From Isurus oxyrinchus (lineage: Eukaryota), in NCBI GenBank assembly GCA_026770705.1, contig JANJGN010000007.1:108996001-109060000 (forward strand): a DNA stretch of 64,000 nt. Reading direction: 5' to 3'. The position numbers and the translations under genes were made by a program. The notes under the pieces are model-generated. The model ran no database searches. It saw nothing but the letters and a program-made list of their open reading frames with translations, and was not told where the DNA came from. Shown here one piece after another: positions 1 to 12,095 of this stretch. How positions within the stretch are numbered: the first letter of the stretch is position 1; each line of letters starts with the position of its first letter.

Positions 1-49
1 GGGAAAGAATTAGCCACTTGACCAAACCTTTTGCTTCTGGTCTTTGCAG

Positions 50-151
50 GGAGCAGCCGCTGAGACTGTGTGCTATGCTGCATGGAAATTCAGCAGAGCT
101 GGGAAAACTACAGGACATAAACGTGAAGAGGAGAGAAGCATGTGCGTTCAG
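50..151 (+). pseudogene. Penultimate (cytoplasmic) exon of an upstream paralogue of the VJ-C1 receptor; ITIM degenerate
   Basis: tctttgcag|GGA acceptor and CAG|gtagct donor. Translates GAAAETVCYAAWKFSRAGKTTGHKREEERSMCVQ, which aligns with exon 6 at 48438 (GAESDFVEYAALDLMKTPRRKREK). The following intron is also alignable. Confidence 0.8.
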
Positions 152-359
152 GTAGCTCTGAGCAACAGATGCAGAATCATAGATGATCAGGGTAACATCA
201 ACATTCATGAGATAAAGGAAGGCATTTTCTTTTGTTGGCTTTGATCGAGTGATGCATCGACGTTTATTTATTGCGTTCTTCGGATGGCCGTTTTGAGCAG
301 CAGAGCACAAAAATTGCAAAATGACAAATTAATAATATATCCAAATATTGGCTTCACAG

Positions 360-515
360 ATCCAACAAGGGGCAGTCGATCACAAGTTCCAGCATTGACT
401 CGTTCAGTAAAAGCAGGATTTACAACAATAAGGGAACAAGTACAGCGTATGCTAAACTGAAAATTGGATTGGAAAGATAAGTAACAAGCGACTTACGCAG
501 AAGCAGGAAAGAAAT
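360..515 (+). pseudogene. Last exon of the upstream paralogue, frameshifted with early stop
   Basis: ttcacag|ATCCAACAA matches ttacag|ACCCAACAA at 48727. The spliced frame gives IQQGAVDHKFQH* (TGA 396-398). TSTAYAKLKI (cf. RSTEYAELRI) and ATYAEA (cf. AVYTEA) lie in the two other frames. Confidence 0.8.
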
Positions 516-1237
516 CAGCAACAGGCATTTAGATGCAGGAGACAATTCCCTCATGTGTATGTATCGCATCCACCCCCCCACCCCCCCCCCCCCCAAGAAC
601 AATTTCAGGAGTATGTGTACGATGTGACAATCACCCTTCCGAGAGCTAACGCATTACATGATATATCAGATATCGTACTTATTACACGCTGGTCAATTAT
701 TCCATTAATTCTCTTTTAGCTGCTGCTCAGAAGAAAGTGGCCTTCTTGACTTACTTTATTTTTAGATCTGCATTGTTCAACCCTTTCGATTACAAGTGAC
801 ACGATAAGAGCATTACTCCATTCAATTATCATCATGCGTAAACTGGATAAAAATACATTATGTTCCATCACATATTATTAGAACGATTCCATACCACCGA
901 CCCACCCTGCATACACCCCCGCCCCCACCACTACCCCACCCCCCCCCCCGACCCCCTGCGCCCCATTATTTTTCGAGCGTTAAATTTGTTGAAATTTATA
1001 TATTGCGTTAAAGCCTTGTGAATTGTAGGCCAGTGGACGCTCGGCATGTGGCACGGGTGACGCTCGAGTGTATGTTCCCAGCATTAACCTAACGCAAGTA
1101 ACTTGAAGTTGCCCCCAAAACATGTATCTACCAACGCGGTCACGTGAAATCACATAATCTTAAAGCACAGAAGGAGGTGATGCGAGACGTTGTGCAATAC
1201 ATTTTTAATAATGTATCCAATTAGTTGCATCAATATA

Positions 1238-1422
1238 TTAGCAAAATGCTACGGATGCTGGGAATCTGAAATAAAAACAGAATAAAAGTAGAAATGTTCA
1301 GCAGTTCCGGCAACATGGGAGGAGAGAGAAAAAGAACCAGGGGACATTTAATCAGAATTGCCCATAGGATGTTGCTAGAGCTATTGAGTATTTCCAACAT
1401 TGTCTGTTCTTTTTATTTCTGT
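1238..1422. mobile_element. Degenerate palindromic Penelope-derived non-autonomous element
   Basis: ggatgctgggaatctgaaataaaaacaga...cagcag..ggcaacat on the left with an inverted counterpart gatgttgctaga..tgagtatttccaacatt on the right; same family as 47161-47372. Confidence 0.65.
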
Positions 1423-1817
1423 TAGTCTCATGCTCGGACTCTTTCCATATATCCCTGCGATCTTCTCTTTTTCAAGTGTATGTCCAATTCCATTTTGTTC
1501 ATTCCCGCGAGTATTGCTTCTAAGAATACATTTCCTATGCTGACACGGTATTTGTTATACATATATATAATTGATATTTGCTGCATGCACTTTAAACTGT
1601 GTGCGCTTTCTTCAAGAATGCTACAGCGGAAGTTAAGCAAGGTTTACAGTTTTGGAATCCTGCTGATTTGAATTAATAAAGTCACGGTTCTACAAGAACA
1701 TTTATCCCGAATAACAGGGGCCCCGCAAAATACAAATAGATATCCAACTGCTTGTTGATTATTATGTTTAGGTTTGATTCGAATTCGATTTTCTCATCTA
1801 ATGGCAATGTGTTGATT

Positions 1818-3052
1818 CAAAATGTCTTGTGCACAGTCACGTGCAGTGGATCCTTCAAGGGGAAAGCAAACACCTCCACGCTTCATAACTGTCATTTTTA
1901 CTTCAATGTCGTCACACTTGTTATTGTATTCGATTCCCTTTTGTGAAACCGATCTGGTGTACATTGTTTTGATAACTAATTAACGCTGTTGCATCTCTGT
2001 GCAGGAAATAGAAAATTCAACGTGTGGGTGTTCCATTAGTTCTCATAAAGTGCAAGCGATTAGCTGGGTTTTGCAATCATCTGTCTTTAGCTACAAGAAT
2101 GTGCTGCTAAATATTAACCAGCGCGGCTTGTTTATCCGAGCTAACTAAAGATGTCGTTCAGTCGCTCTGCTCAAAGCACAATGATCTCCAGCCCTAAATT
2201 TAACTCTGTTGATTGTAGCATGCTGCAAATGTACCTTCTCCAGAATAGCAACAGCAATTTCACATCAGTTGATTCGGTGTAAGTATAACAACAGCTACTG
2301 TTGTAATTATAACTAAAGCCACAGATATTGTATTGCACATTTGTCATTGTAACATTCCTAACTGCACTAATGGTAATCTGCAAGATCTTCGCCTTAAGGT
2401 ATTTGTCCCTTTTTTATTCATTCACGTTTTCCATGTTGCTTTGTGTTTTCATAAATGCAGCTCTGTTTTATTTTATTATTCATTTGCACACCATTTTCAG
2501 TAGAGTTAAGTTGGTTAGTTCCCTGCCGGGCAGTAGAACTTTCTTATGTCCTACGATGATGTAACATTGATCGCATCGATTCATAAATTAAGTTCTCGAT
2601 ATTGTCCAAAACGTCAAGAAAATTCAGGAATTGAAGCACACTTTAAATAATTAATCGATAATTTTATCATCTTGTGAAGAAAATGGCTTATTCAATTTTT
2701 TTCCTAACATCGTTTATTTCATAACTGAACTGGGATTTCGAGATGATGTAGGAGCAGGGATTGCAAAGAATTTCGAACGAATCGTCTTATCCTCCTGTTC
2801 CAGTCACATCGAGGCATAAAAATAAAACCTAATTAACGATGTCACCGGAGCAGCGCTTTCATATTAAAATCCCGTTCTCAGCCAGCACGCGATGGGCAGA
2901 TCTGTATCACAAAAGGGAATGGAAGACGATAAAAAGTGGGGTGATAATTCCTGTTACCATCTTGAAAGAATATATAATAGTGGTGAAGAGTCGAAGTGTT
3001 TGCTTTCCCCTTGAAGAATGCACTATATATGATTATGCACAAGAGCGTTTTG
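1818..3052. repeat. Imperfect inverted repeat, arms ~1818-1957 and ~2897-3052
   Basis: tcttgtgca..ttcaaggggaaagcaaacac..ttcccttttgtga..gatctg occurs on + at 1826-1956 and on - at 2897-3045; the ORF track shows FKGKANTSTLH on both strands. Confidence 0.8.
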
Positions 3053-3461
3053 CGGTTGTACACAAGGAAGAAAGTATCCGTATCACATACACATTTCAAA
3101 GGCATCGTTTTTGGGAATGCTTATTGACAATCTGTCAAGCTTCGGATGTCCTTGGGGAGTTATCGTGACTCCCACTGTTTTTGTATATTTGTAATTTGTT
3201 GCTGTGCTAATGTACTGTTGCAAATAAATGGTTTCAGTCTGTATTACAATTAACATATAATCAAAGACAATTTCTGAAGATAAGCTGTTTTCTTAATTGT
3301 GTGATTTCTATGTAAAGCAATAATATCTCACGTTATTTTATCACCATCTCTTGCCCAGTCAAAAAGGTGTTTACATCGCCAATTCTTGCAGTTTATAGTT
3401 GCATGACTTGAATCAGGAAAAAAATTGAGCTTTCAGTTACTGAATATGGGACAAAATCCCT

Positions 3462-3710
3462 TCAGGCTGAGAGTTGTGAGCCTGTGGAATTCGCTACCAC
3501 AGAGAGTGGTTGAGGCCAAAATATTGCATCTTTTCAAGAAGGAGTTAGCTATAGCTCTTGGAGCAAAAGGGCTGAAAGGATATGGGGAGAAAACGGGAGC
3601 AGGCTATTACGTTGGATGATCAGCCATCATCACAATGAACGATGGAGCAGGCTGGAAGAGCCGAATGACCTACTCCTGCTCCTATTTTCTATGTTTCTAT
3701 GTTTCCATGT
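3462..3710 (+). mobile_element. CR1 LINE 3' fragment
   Basis: RVVSLWNSLPQRVVEA..FKKEL C-terminal motif; ends with a (ctatgttt)n tail. Confidence 0.85.
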
Positions 3711-4465
3711 TAGGTACAGACATACCCTCCACCTTTAGAATTGTGACATCTGACTCCACATAAGTAACCAATTTTCTCACTGAAATTGATATTGCCGCAT
3801 TACCGAGAGGGCAGGAAAAAGGAGTTGCAACTAATAGTATGGAGTATACCACTTTATATTGATAATATTCGATATAGCACCTTTTCCCTTTACATCTTTA
3901 ATTGTCCACTGTCAGTTTGGAAAGCGCACATTTGGAAAGCTCCAAAGCCCGTCTGCTTCCGCGGAAGGAACAGTTGCTGGAGAGTACAAAACGTGGAAAT
4001 AAAGAAGACTCCAGGCGTTCCGAAAGAACTGCATTTTTTTACATAATTTCCTCTGCCACTAGGGTTATACTCAATGTCATGTTGAATGCCAGTGCTGTGA
4101 GGTTGTGAGGACATGACGTGGATTCATGCTGGAAGATTCGAATGGCTGGTAAACGGTAACCACTTATGACTTTGGCATCTGATACAATTACTAACTACGA
4201 AACATGTTGGGTTCAAAAAGCTGAAGAGACTTACTTGTCATTGACTCAACAATTTCTGCTCACCAAGACATTTTTATGGTAAAGATAGCTTTAGCAAAGA
4301 ATTCCACTATTAAACAGATTTTTTTATTATTGTTGTAAGCTTCATTGGGTTTAGTTTAAAAAAATAGGCCCAAATTAGCGCTTTAGTTGCATAACTGTAT
4401 TGTATTCTGAACTGTCCATTCTGAAAAGGAATGTACAGCTCTACATTCTAACCGCTCTCTGTTAA

Positions 4466-4565
4466 ATCTCTGAAGAAGTCACACCGACTTGAAATTTTGA
4501 CTCTGTTTCTCTCTCCACAGATGCCGCCAGATCTGCTGAGTTTTGCCAGCATTTTCTGCTTGTAA
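4466..4565 (+). mobile_element. Short Penelope terminal-repeat insertion with 10-bp TSD
   Basis: ctgaagaagtc..gacttgaaa..tctctccacagatgccgccagatctgctgag, flanked by tctctgttaa at 4456-4465 and 4566-4575. Confidence 0.7.
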
Positions 4566-5899
4566 TCTCTGTTAAGGTGGATATGCCAGGAAACGACACA
4601 TTCTGCAAATTATCTAATGAATTTAGTTTATCTTTATTTTTCTCGAGGCGTGACTTTCACTGACAAGGCTGGCATTTATTCAGTTACGACACTACTGTAG
4701 ATCAATAACTTTTAAAGGGAAAGAATCCCCGAATGACTCCAACATAAAGAATGCAACAGACAACAATTCACTTTTAAAAACTTCTACTGCAGCAATCAAA
4801 CCAAAATAGACATAGTTTTATGTTTTAAAACTATCATTCAACTGGGAGATACATTTCACTTAAGTCTAATGCTACAATCATCTCTGGCACAAATATGACA
4901 TCAAGAAGAGCCCCAAAAGCCCTCCAGGCTTTCCAGTCGGGTTCTACAGCTCCTCACCAAGCTGGCTCAAATCTTCCAAGGTCTTCATCAATAGCTTCAC
5001 TCCCTCCGAGGTTTTGCATAGCGCAATGTTCATCAGAATTGCTCATCCGTAATTGTCTTTCAGAACGCGATCATAAACTGACATCATGAACAGTTATATT
5101 CAGTTTGCTTTTAGGAAACGTGTTGGAGGAGCATGAGCCATGACCATAAAAGGACCGTGAAATATTTTCAAATCACTATACTGAGTGTGTTGGAGGACAA
5201 CCTGGATTGCTGGTGTCCACACGTGCCCTTGACCTCCTAGGTCGCTTTTCTGGGAGGTGTTGTTGGATTTGTTTCGGTGATTTGCCGCACTTCATCTTGT
5301 AGCGGGCATACACCGCGGCCAAGTTGCGCCAGTTCTGAAGGGAGTTGATGTTTAGTGTGTTGAAGGGGATGTCGAATAAGCAGGTTGAATTTCTTCCTCG
5401 ATGTTGTTGAGCTTGTCCTCATTGGTAAGAAAGTGTATTCTGTACACTGTTATTCAAAATAAATAAAGTACGCCATTTCTTCTCACTCTCCCCCCATCAA
5501 ATTACTCAATGAAAGAGAATCTAGTTATGAAATACAACGGATGTAGCATTGTGTGTTATCTTAAAACTACTTATTTTTGCACTCAGGTTTAATTAATTTT
5601 AATGCGAAATTGCACAGGAAGCGTTTTCATTCTGTAAGTGTGAGAATTCAGATTGTGAAATAATTTGAAAAAATTCCAGTGAGATTAATATTTCGATTGT
5701 GATTATTGTATCTTGGACAGTTGGAATACTGCAGTTTGATGATCGGATCAGCTGGGAATATCGGTCTTAACTTGATGTCATGAAGTGCGAAAGCTAATTT
5801 CAATTGAAACATGAATGCACAAGTTATGCGGTGTCATCATTTTTGAACGCTGTGAACCGCTTGTAACGCCAGCAATGAGATATATTCAATTTACATAAC

Positions 5900-6120
5900 A
5901 TATTTGAAAGCCTGAAAGCGCTTTAAAATCCTTTAATATGCTTTTGAAGCATATTCCGTCTTGTAATATCAGTCCACGTTGCTGTCAATTTGCACACAGT
6001 GATGCCATATAAACAGCAATAGGATAATGGCCAGATAATTAATGATAATGCTTGGAGAACTCAGGGGCAATTTCAATCCACTTCGTTGAGGAATGCCAGA
6101 AGTGAATTCTGCCATTCATT
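5900..6120 (-). mobile_element. Deu-domain/L2-tailed SINE remnant
   Basis: Resembles 37500-37870 and the reverse complement of 22370-22800 (aatttgcacacag..aaacagcaat..gataatggccagataat). Confidence 0.5.
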
Positions 6121-6394
6121 TGTTTCCTTATATTTTCCTAGGTTCTCTCCTGTCTTCCCTCATGCCCATTCTGAGCTCATTGTATCTATGAGACCCAATT
6201 CTCTTTCTGTCGACCTTATTCTCACCAAATGGCTAATGACGCAACGTGTCTCCCTTTTCATGTATTGTCGTTCTCATTTAAATCTGCCACCTGCTTCTGT
6301 GGGGAACCTGTTTTTGGAAAGATTGAAGAGCATTTAATTTTGAACATTCTTCCTGCTGCGTTATTTTTGAAAGATTGAAATATAAAATAGGGCT

Positions 6395-7211
6395 GTGAAT
6401 ATGGCATTTGTCATGGAACCACAGGTCAAGATGCAAGTCCCGCAGGGATCAGTTGTGAGGGAAGAGATACTTTGTATTCCTAAGTTCACAAAGAACTAAT
6501 GTTATCAGGTTAAAGGGTCTTCCTGATTGGTTACAAACACCTTGCCAAACGTAACCATTCCTTGAACATATTAGCCTTTAAAATTCTTACGCAGCGTGTG
6601 TTGGTGTGCCTAAGGTGCAAGCTGCAAGGAAAAATATTCCCACTTTTCCTCTCCCTGCCGTACCTTTATGTGGAACATTACACAGAAACGTCAGATCTGT
6701 ATAACTCATCTGTTTTTTTAAGAGTGCGGAAAGTTGTGATAAGTAAGATTCATCAAGGACAGTTTCACCAAACAATCTGGCTGAAGGAACCTCTAGAGCT
6801 GTTGTGACCAGAATGCTGGTAGATCAACAGCGTCGAGATCTGTTCGAGTTTTAACCTTTAATAAAAACGTTCCCATCCTCCAGCTCTGTAGGGGAACTGT
6901 GTTTGTTCTGTCCTGTTTTGTGTTTTGTGTGACTGTAAAGTGGTTGGAATATTCGCGCTGTTAAAACGGAAAAAAAACTGTTACACTTCTAGACTAATTA
7001 ATTAAATTTCCTTTTAAATAGTTTATTTTATATATTTTTTGAGTTTGCTGAATGAAGTTTGGTTAGAGTCTCCTTTATACCAAGAAAACCGTGTCAAATG
7101 TAAACAGTTGGCCCGTTTAATTGGTTAATTAAACATTTAAAGTTTTAGTGCAAACTTTATTGGAAGAGTGGGGCAGAATTAAGTGCATACTTTTCCCATC
7201 ATGGTCCACAC
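6395..7211 (+). mobile_element. Possible solo LTR
   Basis: TG...CA-bounded ~0.8-kb block with ctgattgg and aataaa (6860), a T-rich U5-like region, and an end at ggtccacaca. No TSD confirmed. Confidence 0.3.
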
Positions 7212-7229
7212 AAAATCCTTCGCTCCGAA

Positions 7230-8500
7230 AGCCAATCCTTGGTCCCACCGCTCTTGCAAACTGTCACCCCATCTTTAACCTTCCTTTCCTCTCCAAAATC
7301 CTTTAACATGTTGTTGCTTCTAAAACCTGCCTCAATATTTCCCACAAATCCATACTGGAGTTCCTCCAATCAGGTTTCTGCCCTTGGCAAAATAGCTCTT
7401 AATCAAGTCACAAATAGCATCCTATGTAACTGTCGCAAAGATAAATGCACCCCGCCCCCCACCCCGTCTATCCTGACATGTCTTCAGCCCTTTACACGAC
7501 AGAATGCACCAACCTGTTCCAAAATCTCCACACAACCGCCTAGTTGGAAGGGGCGGCTCTCACGTAGCCCCATTATTATTTATCTAATAGTAGAGGGAGA
7601 ATGACTTCTGACATCTTCTCTTCCTGCTCCCACATCGTTACCTCTGGTGTTTCACAAGGTCCTATCAGACTGGTTATACAACAGCCAGTAGTGGGTGAGA
7701 AAAATTGCCTCAAATTAAATTTTGAGAAGTTCGAAACCATTGATTTTGCTCCCTGCTTCGGTGTGCGTTCCTTTGGTTCTGACTCCATCCCCTCCTAACA
7801 ACAGTCCTAGATTAAGCTAGCTTATTTGCAACATTGGCGTTACATTTGATTCTGAGAGGGGCTTCCAAGCTCAAATTCGTTTCATTACCATAACATTGCA
7901 CGATCCCAACTGTGTGAAAGCTCATCTGCTGCAGAAAGCTTCATCCATACCTTCGTTACCTCTAGACTCGATTACTCCAATGGACTCAAGGCTGGCTCTC
8001 CACATTCCACCCTCTGCAAACGTGAGGCCATCCCAGACTCCATTGCCCGTGTCTTAACTCGCAAGAAGTCTTCTGCTTGCTGAGCAAAGTTGGTTTCCCG
8101 TCAGGAAAAGCCTTGAACCTACATTTCACAACTTGTTTTTAATGTCCCAACATGGTCTTGCCACTTCCTATCTCTCTAATTTCCTGCAGACTCACAACCA
8201 TTTGAGATTTCTGTATTCCCCTAATTCTGGCTTCTTGTGCATCTCCAATTATAACTGCTCCATCTGTGGTGATCACGTCTTCGGTTGTCCTGGTAGCAAG
8301 CACGGGAATTGCTTTATTTAATCTCGCTTTCATCCTTTAAGACCTTCTTTATAAGCCATCTCTTTAATCAAGGTGTTGGCTAACTCACCTATTATCCCCT
8401 TACGTGGTCCAGTTTGATATTTTAATTTATAACGCCCGTGTGAAGTAACTTGGGATGCTTCATTACATTAAAGATGCTATATAAATACATGATCCTGTTG
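7230..8500 (+). mobile_element. L2-type LINE 3' portion, degenerate
   Basis: SGVSQG (QGS-like) RT motif, IHTFVTSRLDYSN-like segment near 7940-7980, and an L2-type 3' end (tgtgaag..cttggga..tacattaaagatgctatataaat). Confidence 0.7.
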
Positions 8501-10590
8501 ATCTCAGACGGGAGAAGATGCCGTGTTTTACCGACTCATCGGAAGGCTATGGGCTACGATAATGCTTCACTCCCTAGTTCTTCTCTGAAGGATCAGCCTT
8601 GATTGATCAAGTGCCTGGAGTTGGGCTTACAACACGCGCTTACAGGAGGGAAAGTGTGCTACCACTAGGCCACGGCCGACCTTATACGTGCCCGGACCGA
8701 GGAGAGGGTTGCGGAAACCTTCGGGTATTTCCTGTTCTTGAAGCTTTCCTCTCAGTACATTGATCACTCATCCTATAATCTGCACAAATTCCCTCAAGAA
8801 ACGGATAGGTAATATGTGAATGTGTATAGTTCATCATTCGCCGCTGTTCTTATTTTCCCCGTATTAGTGTCTCTCATGCGCCAAAACAACCCATGAAATT
8901 AAAAATGTTCCCTTTGTTTGCATCAGCAATTGCGATGTTTCACCCACATTGCCAGCTGTATAAGTAATGCCAATACAATTATTCATGCCTGCAAAGTGAT
9001 TTACAGTCATGATTGGAATTAATTGAGAGAGTTTCTTTACGTCAATCATTCAATGCCCCTGCTGTTTATTGCTCGGGTTACAAGACGGGCGGCCGTTATG
9101 GTTTGGACTTCCTCTGTTCAGTGTGGGTTGTGAGGCTTTGACAATGCATTCTGAAGGTTGCGTCGGCTCGGCAACAGTGGGCATAGAAAGTCCGCAAAAA
9201 TTCATCTCCCATAAGCCAGCGGAATGCTTCAGCCATGCGCCTCCATTCACTTCGAAATAACGAAGTGGTACTGGAAAGTCAGGTTTCGATATTTGCTGCA
9301 AGGAACGATGTCAACTGTGAACATAATTGGCAAATGAACAAGTTGCAGTATAAGGGGAATAGTTACATAGCGATTAGTAATTGTCAGACTGAAAGAGTGT
9401 TTGATGAATATTCCAGACCCACCTCCAAACGGGAATTGAATAAATATTAAAGGTAAAATCAGTAGGCTTTTGGGGAGAAGCAGGGATGTGAGATTATTCT
9501 CCAGCTATTCCGAAGGGCAGGCAAAGCGCGATATTCGATTCTATGTTTCAATATTCTACAGATTCTTTTTTTCTTTATCATCCACATCGACCTGCATAGC
9601 AGTCTGTTTACTATCATAGCCGCCCTGAAATCGCATCTCCTTTCGGAATGCTTTGCTAAAGGTGAACAAATTCTAAATTCCAGAATAGACCTGATATCAA
9701 CTTTCTCCTTCGACTTTTCAGCAGATCCCCGAAATCAAGGAAAGACAGTTCCCCACGCATCTGAAATTAACCTGTCCGGGTTTTTTTTTGACTGCTCCCT
9801 TTGAAATCACTTCACTTAATTCCGGTAGACTGACTGTCACTTAAAACAAAAATAATGGAAGGGTTGGCACTGGAATACCACGAAACAGCTAATCGGGGAT
9901 AGGATGCATGGAATTTCCAGTTCCTTTGAAGAGGCATAGTCTGTACAGACAGTAATTTCTGTCTGGGTTTTCGCGTGAGCTTCCAGTTTCCAGCCATGCG
10001 AATTTCATAAGATCACAAGACTATTAAAATATTTGCAAGAGTAGGCCATTCTGCCCCTAAAGACACCATTCAATAAGCTCATGACTGATCTGATTGTGGC
10101 CTGAACTCCACTTTCCTGCTTTCCCCTCACAACACTTGAGTCCCTTGTCGATCAAAAGTCTTTCAAACTCAGCGTTGAATATATTCAGTGACCCAGCCAC
10201 CACTGCTCCCTGGGAGGAGAATTCCACGTACCAACGGTCCGCTGAGAAAATAAATTCCTCTCAATCCCCACCTTAAATGGGAGACTCGTTATTTATATGT
10301 TGATTCTCATAGGTCTACATTCTCCCACAAGGCGCATCGACCCTGACAAGCCTCCGCACCCCGCACCCCCGCCACCCCCCGCCACCTCCGCCAGAATCTT
10401 ATGTTTCAATAAGATCGCCTCGCATTCTTTTAAACACCAATGTGCATGGGACTAATCTGCTCAATCTCATTTTAAGGCAATTCCTTCATCCAAAGAATCA
10501 ACTTAGTGAACTTCTTCCAAAGGAAGTATATATCTGCTTAAGTAAGCAGAACAAAACTGTACACAATGCACTAGATACTGTCTCACCAAT

Positions 10591-12095
10591 ACAAAAACAG
10601 AATTATCTGGAAAAACTCAGCAGGTCTGGCAGCATCGGCGGAGAAGAAAAGAGTTGACGTTTCGAGTCCTCATGACCCTTCAACAGAACTAGGTGAATCC
10701 AAGGAAGGGGTGAAATATAAGCTGGTTTAAGGTGTGTGTGCGTGGGGGGGGGGGGGGGGGGGGGGTGGGGGGTGGGGGGCAGGGGGGGGGGCGCTTTTGG
10801 GTTGGGGGAGAGAAGTGGAGGGGGGGTGGTGTGGTTGTAGGGACAAACAGGCAGTGATAGAAGCAGATCATCACAGGATGTCACAGACAACAGAACAAAA
10901 GAACACAGGTGTTGAAGTTGGTGATATTATCTAAACGAATATGCTAATTAAGAATGGATGGAAGGGCACTCAAGGTACAGCTCTAGTAGGGGTAGGGGGA
11001 GCATAAAAGATTTAAAAATATTTAAAAATAATGGAAATAGGTGGGAAAAGAAAAATCTATATAATTTATTGGAAAAAACAAAAGGAAGGGGGAAGAAACA
11101 GAAAGGAGGTGGGGATGGAGGAGGGAGCTCAAGACCTAAAGTTGTTGAATTCAATATTCAGTCTGGAAGGCTGTAAAGTGCCTTGTCGGAAGATGAGGTG
11201 TTGTTCCTCCAGTTTGCGTTGGGCTTCACTGGAACCATGCAGCAAGCCAAGGACAGACATGTGGGCAAGAGAGCAGGGTGGAGTGTTAAAATGGCAAGCA
11301 ACAAGGAGGTTTGGGTCATTCTTGTGGACAGACCGCATGTGTTCTGCAAAGCGGTCGCCCAGTTTACGTTTGGTCTCTCCAATGTAGAGGAGACCACATT
11401 GGGAGCAACGACTGCAGTAGACTAAGTTGGGGGAAATGCAAGTGAAATGCTGCTTCAATTGAAAAGAGTGTTTGGACCCTTGGACGGTGAGGAGAGAGGA
11501 ACTGAAGGGGCAGGTGTTACATCTTTTATGTGGACATGGGGTGGTGCCATTGGAGGGGATTGAGGAGTAGAGGGTGATAGAGGAGTGGACCAGGGTGTCC
11601 TGGAGGGAATGATCCCTACGGAATGCCGACAGGGGGAGTGAAGGGAAGATATGTTTGGTGGTGGCATCATGCTTGAGTTGGCAGAAATGGCGGAGGATGA
11701 TCCTTTGAATGCGGAGGCCAGTGGGATGATAAGTGAGGACAAGGAGGACCCTATCATGTTCCTGGGAGGGAGGAGAAGGCGTGAGGGCAGATGCGCGGGA
11801 GATGGGCCGGACACGGTTGAGGGCCCTGTCAACGACCGTGGGTGTCCCTGCAACCACACCACCCCCCTCCATTTCTCTCTCCCCACCCAAACCCCCACCC
11901 CTCCCCCACACACACCTTAAACCAGCTTATATTTCACCCCTTCCTTGGATTCACCTAGTTCTGTTGAAGGGTCATGAGGACTCGAAACATCACGTCTTTT
12001 CTTCTTCACCAATGCTGCCAGACCTGCTGAGGCTTTCCAGGTAATTCTGTTTTTGGTTTGGATTTCCAGCATCCACAGTTTTTTTTGTTTTTATC
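10591..12095 (-). mobile_element. 5'-truncated Penelope-like retroelement with inverted terminal repeats and 14-bp TSD
   Basis: TSD actgtctcaccaat at 10577-10590 and 12096-12109; ~250-bp inverted pLTRs (10591-~10840 and ~11850-12095); internal GIY-YIG ORF. Confidence 0.92.
11129..11845 (-). pseudogene. Penelope RT C-terminus / Zn-finger linker / GIY-YIG endonuclease fragment
   Basis: VLTYHP, AFRR..SLQDTLVHS, CPHKRCNTC, FTCISPNLVYC..C..CGLLYIGETKR.L..RFAEH, VACHFN, RKLEEQHLI, LNIEF. Confidence 0.92.

Larger units (their letters stand above)
1..3150 (+). repeat. Diverged segmental (tandem) duplicate of ~48390-51010
   Basis: Colinear blocks: acgggtgacgctc (~1053) vs acgggtgaagctg (~49326); ctacagcggaagttaagca (1621) vs ctacagaggaagtcaagca (49718); tttagctaca..ctaaatatt (~2086) vs (~50016); gagatgatgtaggagcagg (~2740) vs gagacgatgaagaaacagg (~50633). 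Confidence 0.8.

Noticed and set aside
2839-3168. 109-aa ORF with weak similarity to ORF 50567-50839
   Set aside because: Similarity is explained by the duplicated non-coding flank; no domain motif.
9812-9997. FHASYPRLAVSWY resembling a C1 B-C strand
   Set aside because: No cysteines at Ig positions and no supporting splice sites.
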